This document shows positions 9,138 to 17,026 of a stretch of 64,000 bases of DNA, piece after piece. The stretch lies in the sequence record NC_016163.1; one strand, written 5' to 3'. Both the position numbers and the translations under genes were made by a program. How positions within the stretch are numbered: position 1 is the first letter of the stretch; every line of letters begins with the position of its first letter. The notes under the pieces are model-generated. The model was not told the origin of the DNA. It saw only the letters and a program-made list of their open reading frames with translations, and made no database searches.

Positions 9138-9150
9138 AACAAAAAAGTAG
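9138..9150 (+). promoter_or_regulatory. Putative late promoter for the ncRNA/tRNA island
   Basis: AACA-AAAAAG-TAG followed by AAATG. Confidence 0.75.
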
Positions 9151-9270
9151 AAATGAAACCTCCGGCTGTGAGCGCATCCCGATTCGGTTACTTTCTAGCT
9201 TCTTTCATATCCTTCTTATTGTTATGGTCTCTAGGAAGTGGGATAAATGGATTTTATCCCACTCCTATTT

Positions 9271-9390
9271 AGTATTTTTATTGTAGGGCAGGTACTTACT
9301 TTTAATCTACAGGAAAATCCTGGGGTTATCCACAGAGAGTATGCAACGTATTGGGCTATACATTGAAACTTGCCCTACAATAAAAATATT
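9271..9390 (+). ncRNA. Unassigned structured RNA B with 21-bp closing stem
   Basis: 9273-9293 pairs with 9368-9388 (one G-U); internal hairpin CAGGA-AAA-TCCTG. Confidence 0.65.
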
Positions 9391-9413
9391 TTATAACAAA
9401 AGAATTAGAAGAG

Positions 9414-9516
9414 TATTTAATGATACTGTATTAGGTTTTCCCTCTTCCTTTAAACCTAATTAAGCCTGGGTTGGTTAGCCGAAAGCAATAGTAACTAATA
9501 CAGTATCGATTAAGTA
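9414..9516 (+). ncRNA. Unassigned structured RNA C with pyrimidine-rich loop
   Basis: GATACTGTATTAG 9422-9434 pairs with 9495-9507; hairpin TTAGGTTT/AAACCTAA closes loop TCCCTCTTCCTTT. Confidence 0.65.
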
Positions 9517-9535
9517 TTTTTTTTTTAAGAATTTA

Positions 9536-9613
9536 GACTCGCTAGCTCAGTTGGTTAGTAGCGGATGACTGTTAATCATCAGGTCGCAGGTTCAAGCCCT
9601 GCGCGAGTCGCCA
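9536..9613 (+). tRNA. trnN: tRNA-Asn(GUU)
   Basis: GATGA-CTGTTAA-TCATC, acceptor GACTCGC/GCGAGTC, CCA. Confidence 0.95.
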
Positions 9614-9623
9614 TATTTATTAT

Positions 9624-9698
9624 TGTCCCTTAAATTAGTGGCTAGACAAATCCATTGTAAAATGGGCGGCACCAGTTCGATCCTGGTAGGGACAACCA
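9624..9698 (+). tRNA. Degenerate tRNA-like gene, anticodon ambiguous (GUA or UGU)
   Basis: Perfect acceptor TGTCCCT/AGGGACA plus ACCA and T arm ACCAG-TTCGATC-CTGGT, but unpaired D arm and 6- or 8-nt anticodon loop. Confidence 0.7.
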
Positions 9699-9699
9699 A

Positions 9700-10046
9700 A
9701 TTAGTCTTATTCCATTAAGACTTACAGACTTAGCTACCAGCTTGGTATCTGAGAGCCTTCTCCCAAGGTTTACCCATAGTTCTATTCGAATAAGGTGAAG
9801 AATAGTTCCGATATAATCACTTCTTAGGAAATGATTAGTGTCTCAGCAAACCGTATGAGACTGAAAGGGTTGAAATAAACGGTTCCTCTAAATTAATAAG
9901 ATTGAATATATCGATCTTAGTGCCAAAGTCGCCAGATACATACGGCATAAATAAAGAGGAGTAGACTAATCAACTACCCTTCTTTATATAAAAATTTCCT
10001 TGTTGAAATGGTAAGGAAGGTAGTTATGCCTGATTCGAAAGAATCT
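9700..10046 (+). ncRNA. Unassigned pseudoknotted RNA D
   Basis: Many short helices; H-type pseudoknot GTCTCA/TGAGAC with loop AACCGT pairing ACGGTT 9879-9884; long-range pairs TATCTG/CAGATA and GGCATAA/TTATGCC. Confidence 0.55.
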
Positions 10047-10060
10047 AAATAACAAAAAAA

Positions 10061-10305
10061 TAGAAGTCCTCGCTTCTAGATGACGGATCAATTTTTTGTT
10101 GTATAAGTCATTAAATTTGAGGTTTTGAGAAAAACTGAGGTTTTTGTCATTAGGCTCTTTACATTTTTGCCCTCACAATTTGTAATTACTTTGCCACTGC
10201 ATATCTTCTTTATGAAGAAAAAATCTACTGTCAGAAGTAGAAACATGAATTCCTTTCAGGCTGAAAGGTGGATGCCCTTATTTAGATAACTCTAGATAAG
10301 GGCAT
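10061..10305 (+). ncRNA. Unassigned hairpin-rich RNA E (own late promoter at 10051)
   Basis: Hairpins at 10061-78, 10080-111, 10113-181, 10252-68, 10272-305; no ORF. Confidence 0.45.
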
Positions 10306-10321
10306 TAACAACCCACGATTA

Positions 10322-10560
10322 CGGGGATGTAGTGTTTATTTTTCTAGGTAGTGAAAGCGTGCACCAGTAACTACCATGTTTACCTCCCACTAAAATGGTG
10401 AAGAGTTAGATCAACTCTTTACTAGGCTACATAGGTATGTAGGGTATTGGAGGTTAAACATTCTATAAATACCAAATGTTAAATTGGTGGAATGCCTATC
10501 CGAGATAACTATCAGATAGAATAGTTAAAAGGGCGTTAGAAAAATTTCACTGCATCCCCG
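10322..10560 (+). ncRNA. Unassigned multibranched RNA F (~240 nt)
   Basis: CGGGGATGTAGTG/CACTGCATCCCCG plus ATTTTTCTA/TAGAAAAAT closing helices; at least five internal helices. Confidence 0.7.
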
Positions 10561-10585
10561 TTCCCTAATTTATTAAGGAACGAAA

Positions 10586-10741
10586 ATGTCTGCTAGTAAA
10601 GAACTTGAAATTGATATCGATAGCGTAGTGTTTAATGAAGATGAGCTTCAAGAGTCCGTTAAACATAACGAAGAGAAAATTGATTCTCAAGAAGTAGTTG
10701 AAGCTTCCGATGAATGTGATGGCGGCGGCTGTAAGATTTAA
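10586..10741 (+). CDS. 51-aa acidic peptide ending DECDGGGCKI, like the ribonucleotide reductase alpha C-terminal redox tail (missed by ORF track)
   Basis: AAGGA RBS, ATG, in-frame TAA, family terminator at 10748; CxxxxCKI as in E. coli NrdA CESGACKI. Confidence 0.75.
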   Translation: MSASKELEIDIDSVVFNEDELQESVKHNEEKIDSQEVVEASDECDGGGCKI

Positions 10742-10909
10742 AAACTTCCCATATCCTCTATTAAGGGGATATGGGGTTTTCTTTCCTTCTTAAAAACGTA
10801 TTTGGTAAACCTTTAAGAATATATTATTTTAGTGATATTGGGTGTTAAAACTCAATGTTAAACAAAAACAAACACTAATTCTAATAAGCAATAAAAGGAA
10901 TACCACAAG

Positions 10910-11338
10910 ATGTCCGACAAACATGTAGTTTATTCTAAAATTGAAAACTTTTTCTCTAAAGTGGCTAACCGTGACTTTGAACCAGTGCTCAGTTCATTGT
11001 TCGGCGGTTTACGTAAACAAGTTCGGTGGGATGTAGTATTTGAAGAAATTCGTTCAATGGATGTGAACGCAATTCCACTTGACAAGTTTAAAGTGATGAG
11101 CAAGGGCGATGTCATTTCTATCTCTGATAATGGAGACACAATCTTTGTTGAAGATATGTTTAATGGTAAGTATACTCTTAAACGTAAACAAGGTATCATT
11201 GAAATGACTGTTGACGGCGAACATTTCACTTTTAAAGATAATAACGATGAAGCTGAATCTGCCAGCTTTGTTGCACCCGTTGATTTCCCTCCGGTGCCAA
11301 ACGGATTTATCGCTAATATCCGTAACCTATTAGCGTAA
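10910..11338 (+). CDS. Hypothetical early protein, 142 aa
   Basis: Early motif at 10819, AAGGA RBS. Confidence 0.85.
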   Translation: MSDKHVVYSKIENFFSKVANRDFEPVLSSLFGGLRKQVRWDVVFEEIRSMDVNAIPLDKFKVMSKGDVISISDNGDTIFVEDMFNGKYTLKRKQGIIEMTVDGEHFTFKDNNDEAESASFVAPVDFPPVPNGFIANIRNLLA

Positions 11339-11392
11339 CGTCATCCTCTTGTGCCCCCGAAAGGGGGTATAACTTTTATTGGAAAAACAAAA

Positions 11393-11722
11393 ATGAATCA
11401 ATACAGCGAATCTTACAAAAGTTCCATTATGGGTTACTTTAAAGATCGTTATTTAGTGCTAATTACTGAGCGCTTTAAAGATCTACCGCAGCTTACTTTT
11501 ATGAAGTTAAAAGTTAAATCTGTAGCAGTAATTAATAACTCTGAATGGGATGATGATTTACTTAAAGCTAATATCCGTTGCTTCTTCTCTCAAGAAATCA
11601 AAGATCATTCAAAATATGAAGATTGGATGACAAGACTTGATGAAGTATTTGAAGAATCCTGCCAGTATGCTAAAGATCAAACATTCATTAAAGCTATGGG
11701 TTCTTTGAGTTTGATTAACTAA
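11393..11722 (+). CDS. Hypothetical protein (probable start 11393; track start 11351 lies in a GAAA-loop hairpin)
   Basis: GGAAAA upstream of in-frame ATG 11393. Confidence 0.75.
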   Translation: MNQYSESYKSSIMGYFKDRYLVLITERFKDLPQLTFMKLKVKSVAVINNSEWDDDLLKANIRCFFSQEIKDHSKYEDWMTRLDEVFEESCQYAKDQTFIKAMGSLSLIN

Positions 11723-11736
11723 AAAAGGATTGTATA

Positions 11737-12111
11737 ATGACTACTATGTACAGAGCAGCCAATAATTTTAGAAGAAAAGTTACACGTTTCTATTCTAGAA
11801 TTGTTAGAAAAGAATTTGAAAAAGAAGTATCAATGCTAATAACTGATAAAGAATCAATAAATACTTTCTTTACCAGTTTAGAAAAATATGATTTTAATCC
11901 TAGACATCTAATTATGACTTGTTTCCCTGTTGGTAAATTAGAAGAAGGAAAAAAATTATTAAATAGTATTCAGAATAGAGGTATTGAGTTTGCTTTAAAT
12001 GAAATATCTTTAGAAGAAAAAAGACTTATTTTAACTGCTATGAATACACCTGATTTTTCTGAAATAATGAATAACCTTTCTGACTCTCTCCTACCAGAAA
12101 AAGTTATTTAA
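11737..12111 (+). CDS. Hypothetical protein, 124 aa
   Basis: AAGGA RBS; terminator follows. Confidence 0.8.
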   Translation: MTTMYRAANNFRRKVTRFYSRIVRKEFEKEVSMLITDKESINTFFTSLEKYDFNPRHLIMTCFPVGKLEEGKKLLNSIQNRGIEFALNEISLEEKRLILTAMNTPDFSEIMNNLSDSLLPEKVI

Positions 12112-12247
12112 TATTTTAATTTTAAAAAAAGACCTTATAAGGTCTTTTTTTTTTTCATGATGTACATTACTATTTAGAATTTATCTATTTTTTAAACAAA
12201 GAATTAGTGTCTTGCATGAAAAATAGATAAATTTTATAGGAGTTTTC

Positions 12248-13783
12248 ATGGCAACTATAATTCAAAGAAAAAGAATTCTGATTAAAGATTTTTATTCAGA
12301 TGATGAAATGAAGAAGTTTTTTAGATACATGTCTATGGATAAAACTAACATGTATGGGGCTGTTGAAAAGTCATGGATAGCTGGCTACGAAACAGAATTT
12401 GAAGGTGAGCATTATATTGCTGTACCTAGGCGTATAGATACTAAACTTTTAGAAGACTTAATAGATGCTGATGCTGGAGTAGATAAGCGTTTAATTCCAC
12501 CTATTCCTGTAAGAAAAAATGTCTTTAGCTGTTTTGCTGAGCCTAGAGATATTACTCAGCAAGTTATTTTAGATTTTATGATGGGTAGAAATAGTTATGA
12601 AAGTATAACTACTAAACAGCATAGAAAAGCATTATTTGCTCAAACTGGTAGTGGTAAAACATACTTAACTATCAAATTTTGTGCTGAAAATAATCTATTA
12701 CCTTTCATTAACTGTCCAGATAAGAAAGCAATTCTTACTTGGCAGCAAGAGTTCGGTAAGTTTACTGATATTAAACCTGAAGAAATATGTGTTATTATGG
12801 GTAAAGATTCAGTAATACGACTTATTAAAAAATTTGAGAAAAAACAATATAAAGTTATTCTCTGCTCATCTAAGACTATGACATCTCTTATTCTTTCTAA
12901 AGACTTTGCTCTTATAGAAGAATTATTTACGCATTTAGGCATTGGTCTGTTAGTACATGATGAAAGTCACTTGAATTTAATGGTTCTCTTTTACTTAGAA
13001 ATGATTTGTAATACTAGACATACTTTATTCTTAACTGCTACTCCTAGTAGACGTATGTATAAAGAAGATAGACTACTCAAATCGTTAATGCCTCCTGAAA
13101 AAGCGATATATGTAGAAGAAGCTGAACAGCGCTTTACTTATGTAAGGGGTTGTTATTTCTCTAATATGGATAAGAAAGCCTATGCAGGTATAGCCCTTCC
13201 AGCTGGTACTAATTTATCTAGATATTTTGATCAAGTATTGAATAAGAAAGAAAACTATGAGTTCTTTAGGGATGAAATTTTTGCACCAGTAGTGAATTAT
13301 GCATTGAGAAAAAGATCCAAAACTGATAAAGATGATTTTACTAAATTAGCTTTTTTATGTAACAGTAAAAAAGAGAATGAGTTCTTTTACAATATGTTGA
13401 AAGATCTTTACAAAGACAAATATTCTATCGGTATTTTTAATAGTGATATTGAGAATATGGATGAGCGATTTAAAGAAACTGAAAAAGAAATCATTATCAG
13501 CACTGATAAATCTTTTGCTGGTATTATAAACATACCTGGATTAGAGATAATCATAAACCTTTATCCATATAGTTCAGATTCCCATATTAAACAAGTAATG
13601 GGCCGTATTCGTAAAGAAAAAGGTAAAAAGAGTATATTTATTCAGATGGTAGATGCTTCTTTAAAACGATTCAAATCTGTTGAGTCTAGAGAAAGGTCAG
13701 CAGTAGCGGATATTTGCGCTAAAGTATTTATGAAAGAATTGAATACTCAGATATCTGTATTTAATAGTATAGAAGAAGACTAA
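12248..13783 (+). CDS. Superfamily 2 helicase
   Basis: Walker A AQTGSGKT, motif II HDESH, motif III TATP, motif VI QVMGRIRK. Confidence 0.9.
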   Translation: MATIIQRKRILIKDFYSDDEMKKFFRYMSMDKTNMYGAVEKSWIAGYETEFEGEHYIAVPRRIDTKLLEDLIDADAGVDKRLIPPIPVRKNVFSCFAEPRDITQQVILDFMMGRNSYESITTKQHRKALFAQTGSGKTYLTIKFCAENNLLPFINCPDKKAILTWQQEFGKFTDIKPEEICVIMGKDSVIRLIKKFEKKQYKVILCSSKTMTSLILSKDFALIEELFTHLGIGLLVHDESHLNLMVLFYLEMICNTRHTLFLTATPSRRMYKEDRLLKSLMPPEKAIYVEEAEQRFTYVRGCYFSNMDKKAYAGIALPAGTNLSRYFDQVLNKKENYEFFRDEIFAPVVNYALRKRSKTDKDDFTKLAFLCNSKKENEFFYNMLKDLYKDKYSIGIFNSDIENMDERFKETEKEIIISTDKSFAGIINIPGLEIIINLYPYSSDSHIKQVMGRIRKEKGKKSIFIQMVDASLKRFKSVESRERSAVADICAKVFMKELNTQISVFNSIEED

Positions 13784-13837
13784 ATAGCATTATAGTCTTT
13801 TTTATTGATATATTATTAAATTGATTGTTTTAAATAG

Positions 13838-14446
13838 GTGGGAATAATGATTAGTATTACGGAAAGACTTTTAAATATTGGTAAGTTACAATTGAGTGTT
13901 ACTGCTCGCCTAGGAAGTAAAGATAACCCTTATCATTTTTATGGTAAGGGTGACTATATTTCTATGAATAAAAGCTCATTTATCATTCTAGGCTTCCATG
14001 CTAAAGGAAAAGATAAGGAAGAAGTTTATATTTCTGTACTTGATTTTCCAAAGATAATGGAAGCTATAGAGACTATTGATTATCTGATGTTAAATTTGGA
14101 TGATCATACTGAGACTGTAGGAGAAGAAGGAACTCTCCGTTTTAAATCAGGCTCAAAGGTTTCTTATAGAATGCAAATGCGCTCTACTGGTGTGTGTCTG
14201 TTCTCTCCAGTAGTTTGGAATAGTAGGAAACATGGTGGTCAAATTATTGCAGTAAAAATACTTATTGGTGGCGATACTAATAAAGTAATGCTTGAACCGG
14301 AAAACTGGTTGGCTTTCTCCATGCAGTTGAAAAATTGTATGGAGAACTTTACTGCGATAACAAACTCTATTCTTACTTTAGGGCTACAGAATAAAAGGAA
14401 TACTCCTAGAGAAAGTATTAAGTTTAGTGAAATTGCTGAGGAGTAA
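13838..14446 (+). CDS. Hypothetical protein, 202 aa
   Basis: Early motif at 13808; start may be a few codons downstream. Confidence 0.8.
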   Translation: MGIMISITERLLNIGKLQLSVTARLGSKDNPYHFYGKGDYISMNKSSFIILGFHAKGKDKEEVYISVLDFPKIMEAIETIDYLMLNLDDHTETVGEEGTLRFKSGSKVSYRMQMRSTGVCLFSPVVWNSRKHGGQIIAVKILIGGDTNKVMLEPENWLAFSMQLKNCMENFTAITNSILTLGLQNKRNTPRESIKFSEIAEE

Positions 14447-15039
14447 TGATGAAACATAACGTTATTAAATATGGTGCTGCTATCATATTTCATTCCTTAG
14501 AAATTGATGAAAAAGTTTTACCTTATCTTTCTAGAGAACAGTTTTTAGTATTTTCTAGGGATGGTGAGGTTCCTAACAACAGCCAGTATGCCTGTAATGA
14601 AAATTCTCTTTTAGCATCAAACTCACGTTTAGCGGCACTAGTGTTAGGCTTACGTATAAATCTTCAAATTAAATCATTTGGGCAAGATCCAATTACTAAT
14701 GATTTAATTGATTCTTTATCAGGTAGCATAAAGAATCAATTGAAAGGAAAGATATACACGGTTAATTTAAAACTTATTAATGGGGATTTTATCTCAAGAG
14801 TTACATATCCTACACGTTTTTCTGAACTTGAGTTTGCATTAGGTTATAAAAGAGATTTGTCTGAAGAATCTAGTCAAAAAATCACCATTTGTAACGGATA
14901 TAATATATCATTTCTTAAAGAAGAATGGAGCTTTTATATTGAAGAAAATAATGCATTCAATGAAAGTGATTGGATTAATATCTTAACCTTTACCAATAAT
15001 AAAAATGAATATAAAATAATTGTAGTGGAAGAAATATGA
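14446..15039 (+). CDS. Hypothetical protein, 197 aa
   Basis: TAATG coupling. Confidence 0.8.
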   Translation: MMKHNVIKYGAAIIFHSLEIDEKVLPYLSREQFLVFSRDGEVPNNSQYACNENSLLASNSRLAALVLGLRINLQIKSFGQDPITNDLIDSLSGSIKNQLKGKIYTVNLKLINGDFISRVTYPTRFSELEFALGYKRDLSEESSQKITICNGYNISFLKEEWSFYIEENNAFNESDWINILTFTNNKNEYKIIVVEEI

Positions 15040-15226
15040 AAATAAAAAAGTAATACAGCGATTTCGTATTCTCTTTAAAAAGATTAAGAAATTGCTTAAA
15101 CAGTACAAAGAAGCTGGTAATGAACTTATCAGTGAAGAAATAATACCGTTCAAAAAGAAGCGTCATGGAGATAGTTTTCTCGAAACGCTTAAAGACAATC
15201 TGTTGGATGATAAAAAGGATAAATGA
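15036..15226 (+). CDS. 63-aa basic protein requiring a -1 frameshift at A-AAA-AAG (or a homopolymer error)
   Basis: ATGA overlap, slippery heptamer at 15044-15050 directly before TAA; -1 frame open to TGA abutting next ATG at 15227. Confidence 0.55.
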
Positions 15227-16012
15227 ATGTACAGCTATAAAATGACTGTTAAGGGTAGTATTCCATTCGGAATGTTTAAAACTATGGTAAACATGATTAA
15301 TCATGGACTTCGTTCTGGAACTAGCGATTTCGATTTAAAGAACAAGTTAAAAGGTTATTTGCCACCTAAAGAAATTTCTGGTTTCCTAACAGTAGTGAAG
15401 GAATACTATATGTTAGATAAGCTAAAAGGACGATACATTCTCCATCCAACTCATTCATTTATTGCTAATCAAATAAGTGAAAGACATGGTAAGAACGCTG
15501 TGGTGGAACATCTTTATGATTCATTTGAGGAAAATATTGTTGCAGATTCTTTAGTTATAAATGCCAATGACATTATAACTGCCAGTGCTCTTAATAATGC
15601 GGAAGTACGAACTGATATATTTGATAGAAAATGGATTGGTATGATCATGTCTAATTTATCAAATAATACTGTTCTTCCATTAACTTCTGGTACTGAACGT
15701 GGCATAGCTACCTTCCGTAATCCTTCTGATTCTAAGACTTCCTTTATAACAAGAAAATTCTTTACTAAAGAAGGCGAAGCAGGATGGACTGCAAGTACGG
15801 ATGTTACTACTTTTGATCTTGATGAGACCCCCGTTTCTCATATTAGTAAAAATAATATTTTCTGTTTCACTGAAGTAGATAAATATGGTTTCTATCAAGG
15901 TAATGACAAAGTGATAGAAACTATAGATTTTCATAGTATCATGAGAGCACCTAATTTAATTGATCTGATTTTAACCTTTATGAGTGATAAAGGATTTAAA
16001 ATTAAATTTTAA
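15227..16012 (+). CDS. Hypothetical protein, 261 aa
   Basis: Long ORF in operon. Confidence 0.85.
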   Translation: MYSYKMTVKGSIPFGMFKTMVNMINHGLRSGTSDFDLKNKLKGYLPPKEISGFLTVVKEYYMLDKLKGRYILHPTHSFIANQISERHGKNAVVEHLYDSFEENIVADSLVINANDIITASALNNAEVRTDIFDRKWIGMIMSNLSNNTVLPLTSGTERGIATFRNPSDSKTSFITRKFFTKEGEAGWTASTDVTTFDLDETPVSHISKNNIFCFTEVDKYGFYQGNDKVIETIDFHSIMRAPNLIDLILTFMSDKGFKIKF

Positions 16013-16027
16013 TATTCGTTAATTAGT

Positions 16028-17026
16028 ATGGTAAATATCATGTTAAAATTACAGTCAACCATTCAGTCATTTAGTTCCCGTATTACAACTACTGTTTACA
16101 AAACTTGTAGAAATACATTATTTGATAAACAGGAATTAAGTAGTTACGAGTATAATTTCTTTAAAGACGATGCTGAAGATTTTAAAGCAGACTTTTTACT
16201 TTCTGTCATTCCGGCAGAGTTAGGATCTATGGTTTTAGGTATTATTCTTAAAATAGATCGATTAACGAAGGAATCTAATCATTCATTAGATATAACAAAA
16301 GAAGTATATAAACTTTGGATAGTATACCATGATGTAGAAAATGGTATAAACGCTATTAATCAGGTAATTAATACTATGGTTAATAGTGAAGTGTCAATGG
16401 AATTAAATTCAGTAGCTTTTTCTATGATCCATGAATTACTTCCAGGAGTTATTTCTATACCTCGTTTAATTGGGGAGAGTAGTGATAAGGATGAGTTTTC
16501 CTATAGCTTTAATAGAAGCTCATGGAAAATGGATTCAGTATCCAAACATGGTAAATATGTAGAGTCATTACTCAATGAAGTTCCAATGATGATGCAATTT
16601 ATTGAAGTTGAAAATGGTAAAGGGGATGATGAAACTTTATATTCTAATACCATTTTAAATGGAGCCGTTGTTCTCTTAGGTGATATTTACAAAACTCTCC
16701 CATGTGATGATAGAGAGCATTTAAGAGTATACTTCAATATGTTGGTTGGCGGAAATATTCTTACTAATGGTTTTACTTCCAAAAGTACCAATATTAAATC
16801 TACTAAAGAACAATTTGTTATAAATGGTGCTGTCGCATATGACAAATATGACGATTCCGACCAATTTGAAGTTTTTACAGCTCTACCAACAGTAGGGTTC
16901 GCTGTATCTGGATGGTCAGTTAAAAGCAATCCAGTAAACCCACGTTATACTTCTTTAATGACATGGGTAAATCCTGAAGGTAATTTCAGGTATTTAAAAA
17001 TTAATAAATATTCAGAGGGAATGTAA
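16028..17026 (+). CDS. Hypothetical protein, 332 aa
   Basis: Long ORF in operon. Confidence 0.85.
   Translation: MVNIMLKLQSTIQSFSSRITTTVYKTCRNTLFDKQELSSYEYNFFKDDAEDFKADFLLSVIPAELGSMVLGIILKIDRLTKESNHSLDITKEVYKLWIVYHDVENGINAINQVINTMVNSEVSMELNSVAFSMIHELLPGVISIPRLIGESSDKDEFSYSFNRSSWKMDSVSKHGKYVESLLNEVPMMMQFIEVENGKGDDETLYSNTILNGAVVLLGDIYKTLPCDDREHLRVYFNMLVGGNILTNGFTSKSTNIKSTKEQFVINGAVAYDKYDDSDQFEVFTALPTVGFAVSGWSVKSNPVNPRYTSLMTWVNPEGNFRYLKINKYSEGM

Noticed and set aside
9846-9886. Group II intron domain V look-alike (AACCGTATGAG..GAAA..ACGGTTC)
   Set aside because: Upper stem does not pair, triad is AAC, and there is no domain VI or split gene; the pseudoknot explains the pairing better
9700-10046. 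RNase P RNA or hammerhead ribozyme
   Set aside because: No GAGGAAAGUCC/CGGCUUA in the correct order and no CUGANGA..GAAA core
10322-10560. tmRNA (5' end GGGGATGTAGTGTTT)
   Set aside because: No T-arm, no CCA, no G3-U70 pair and no tag ORF ending in the usual Ala-rich motif
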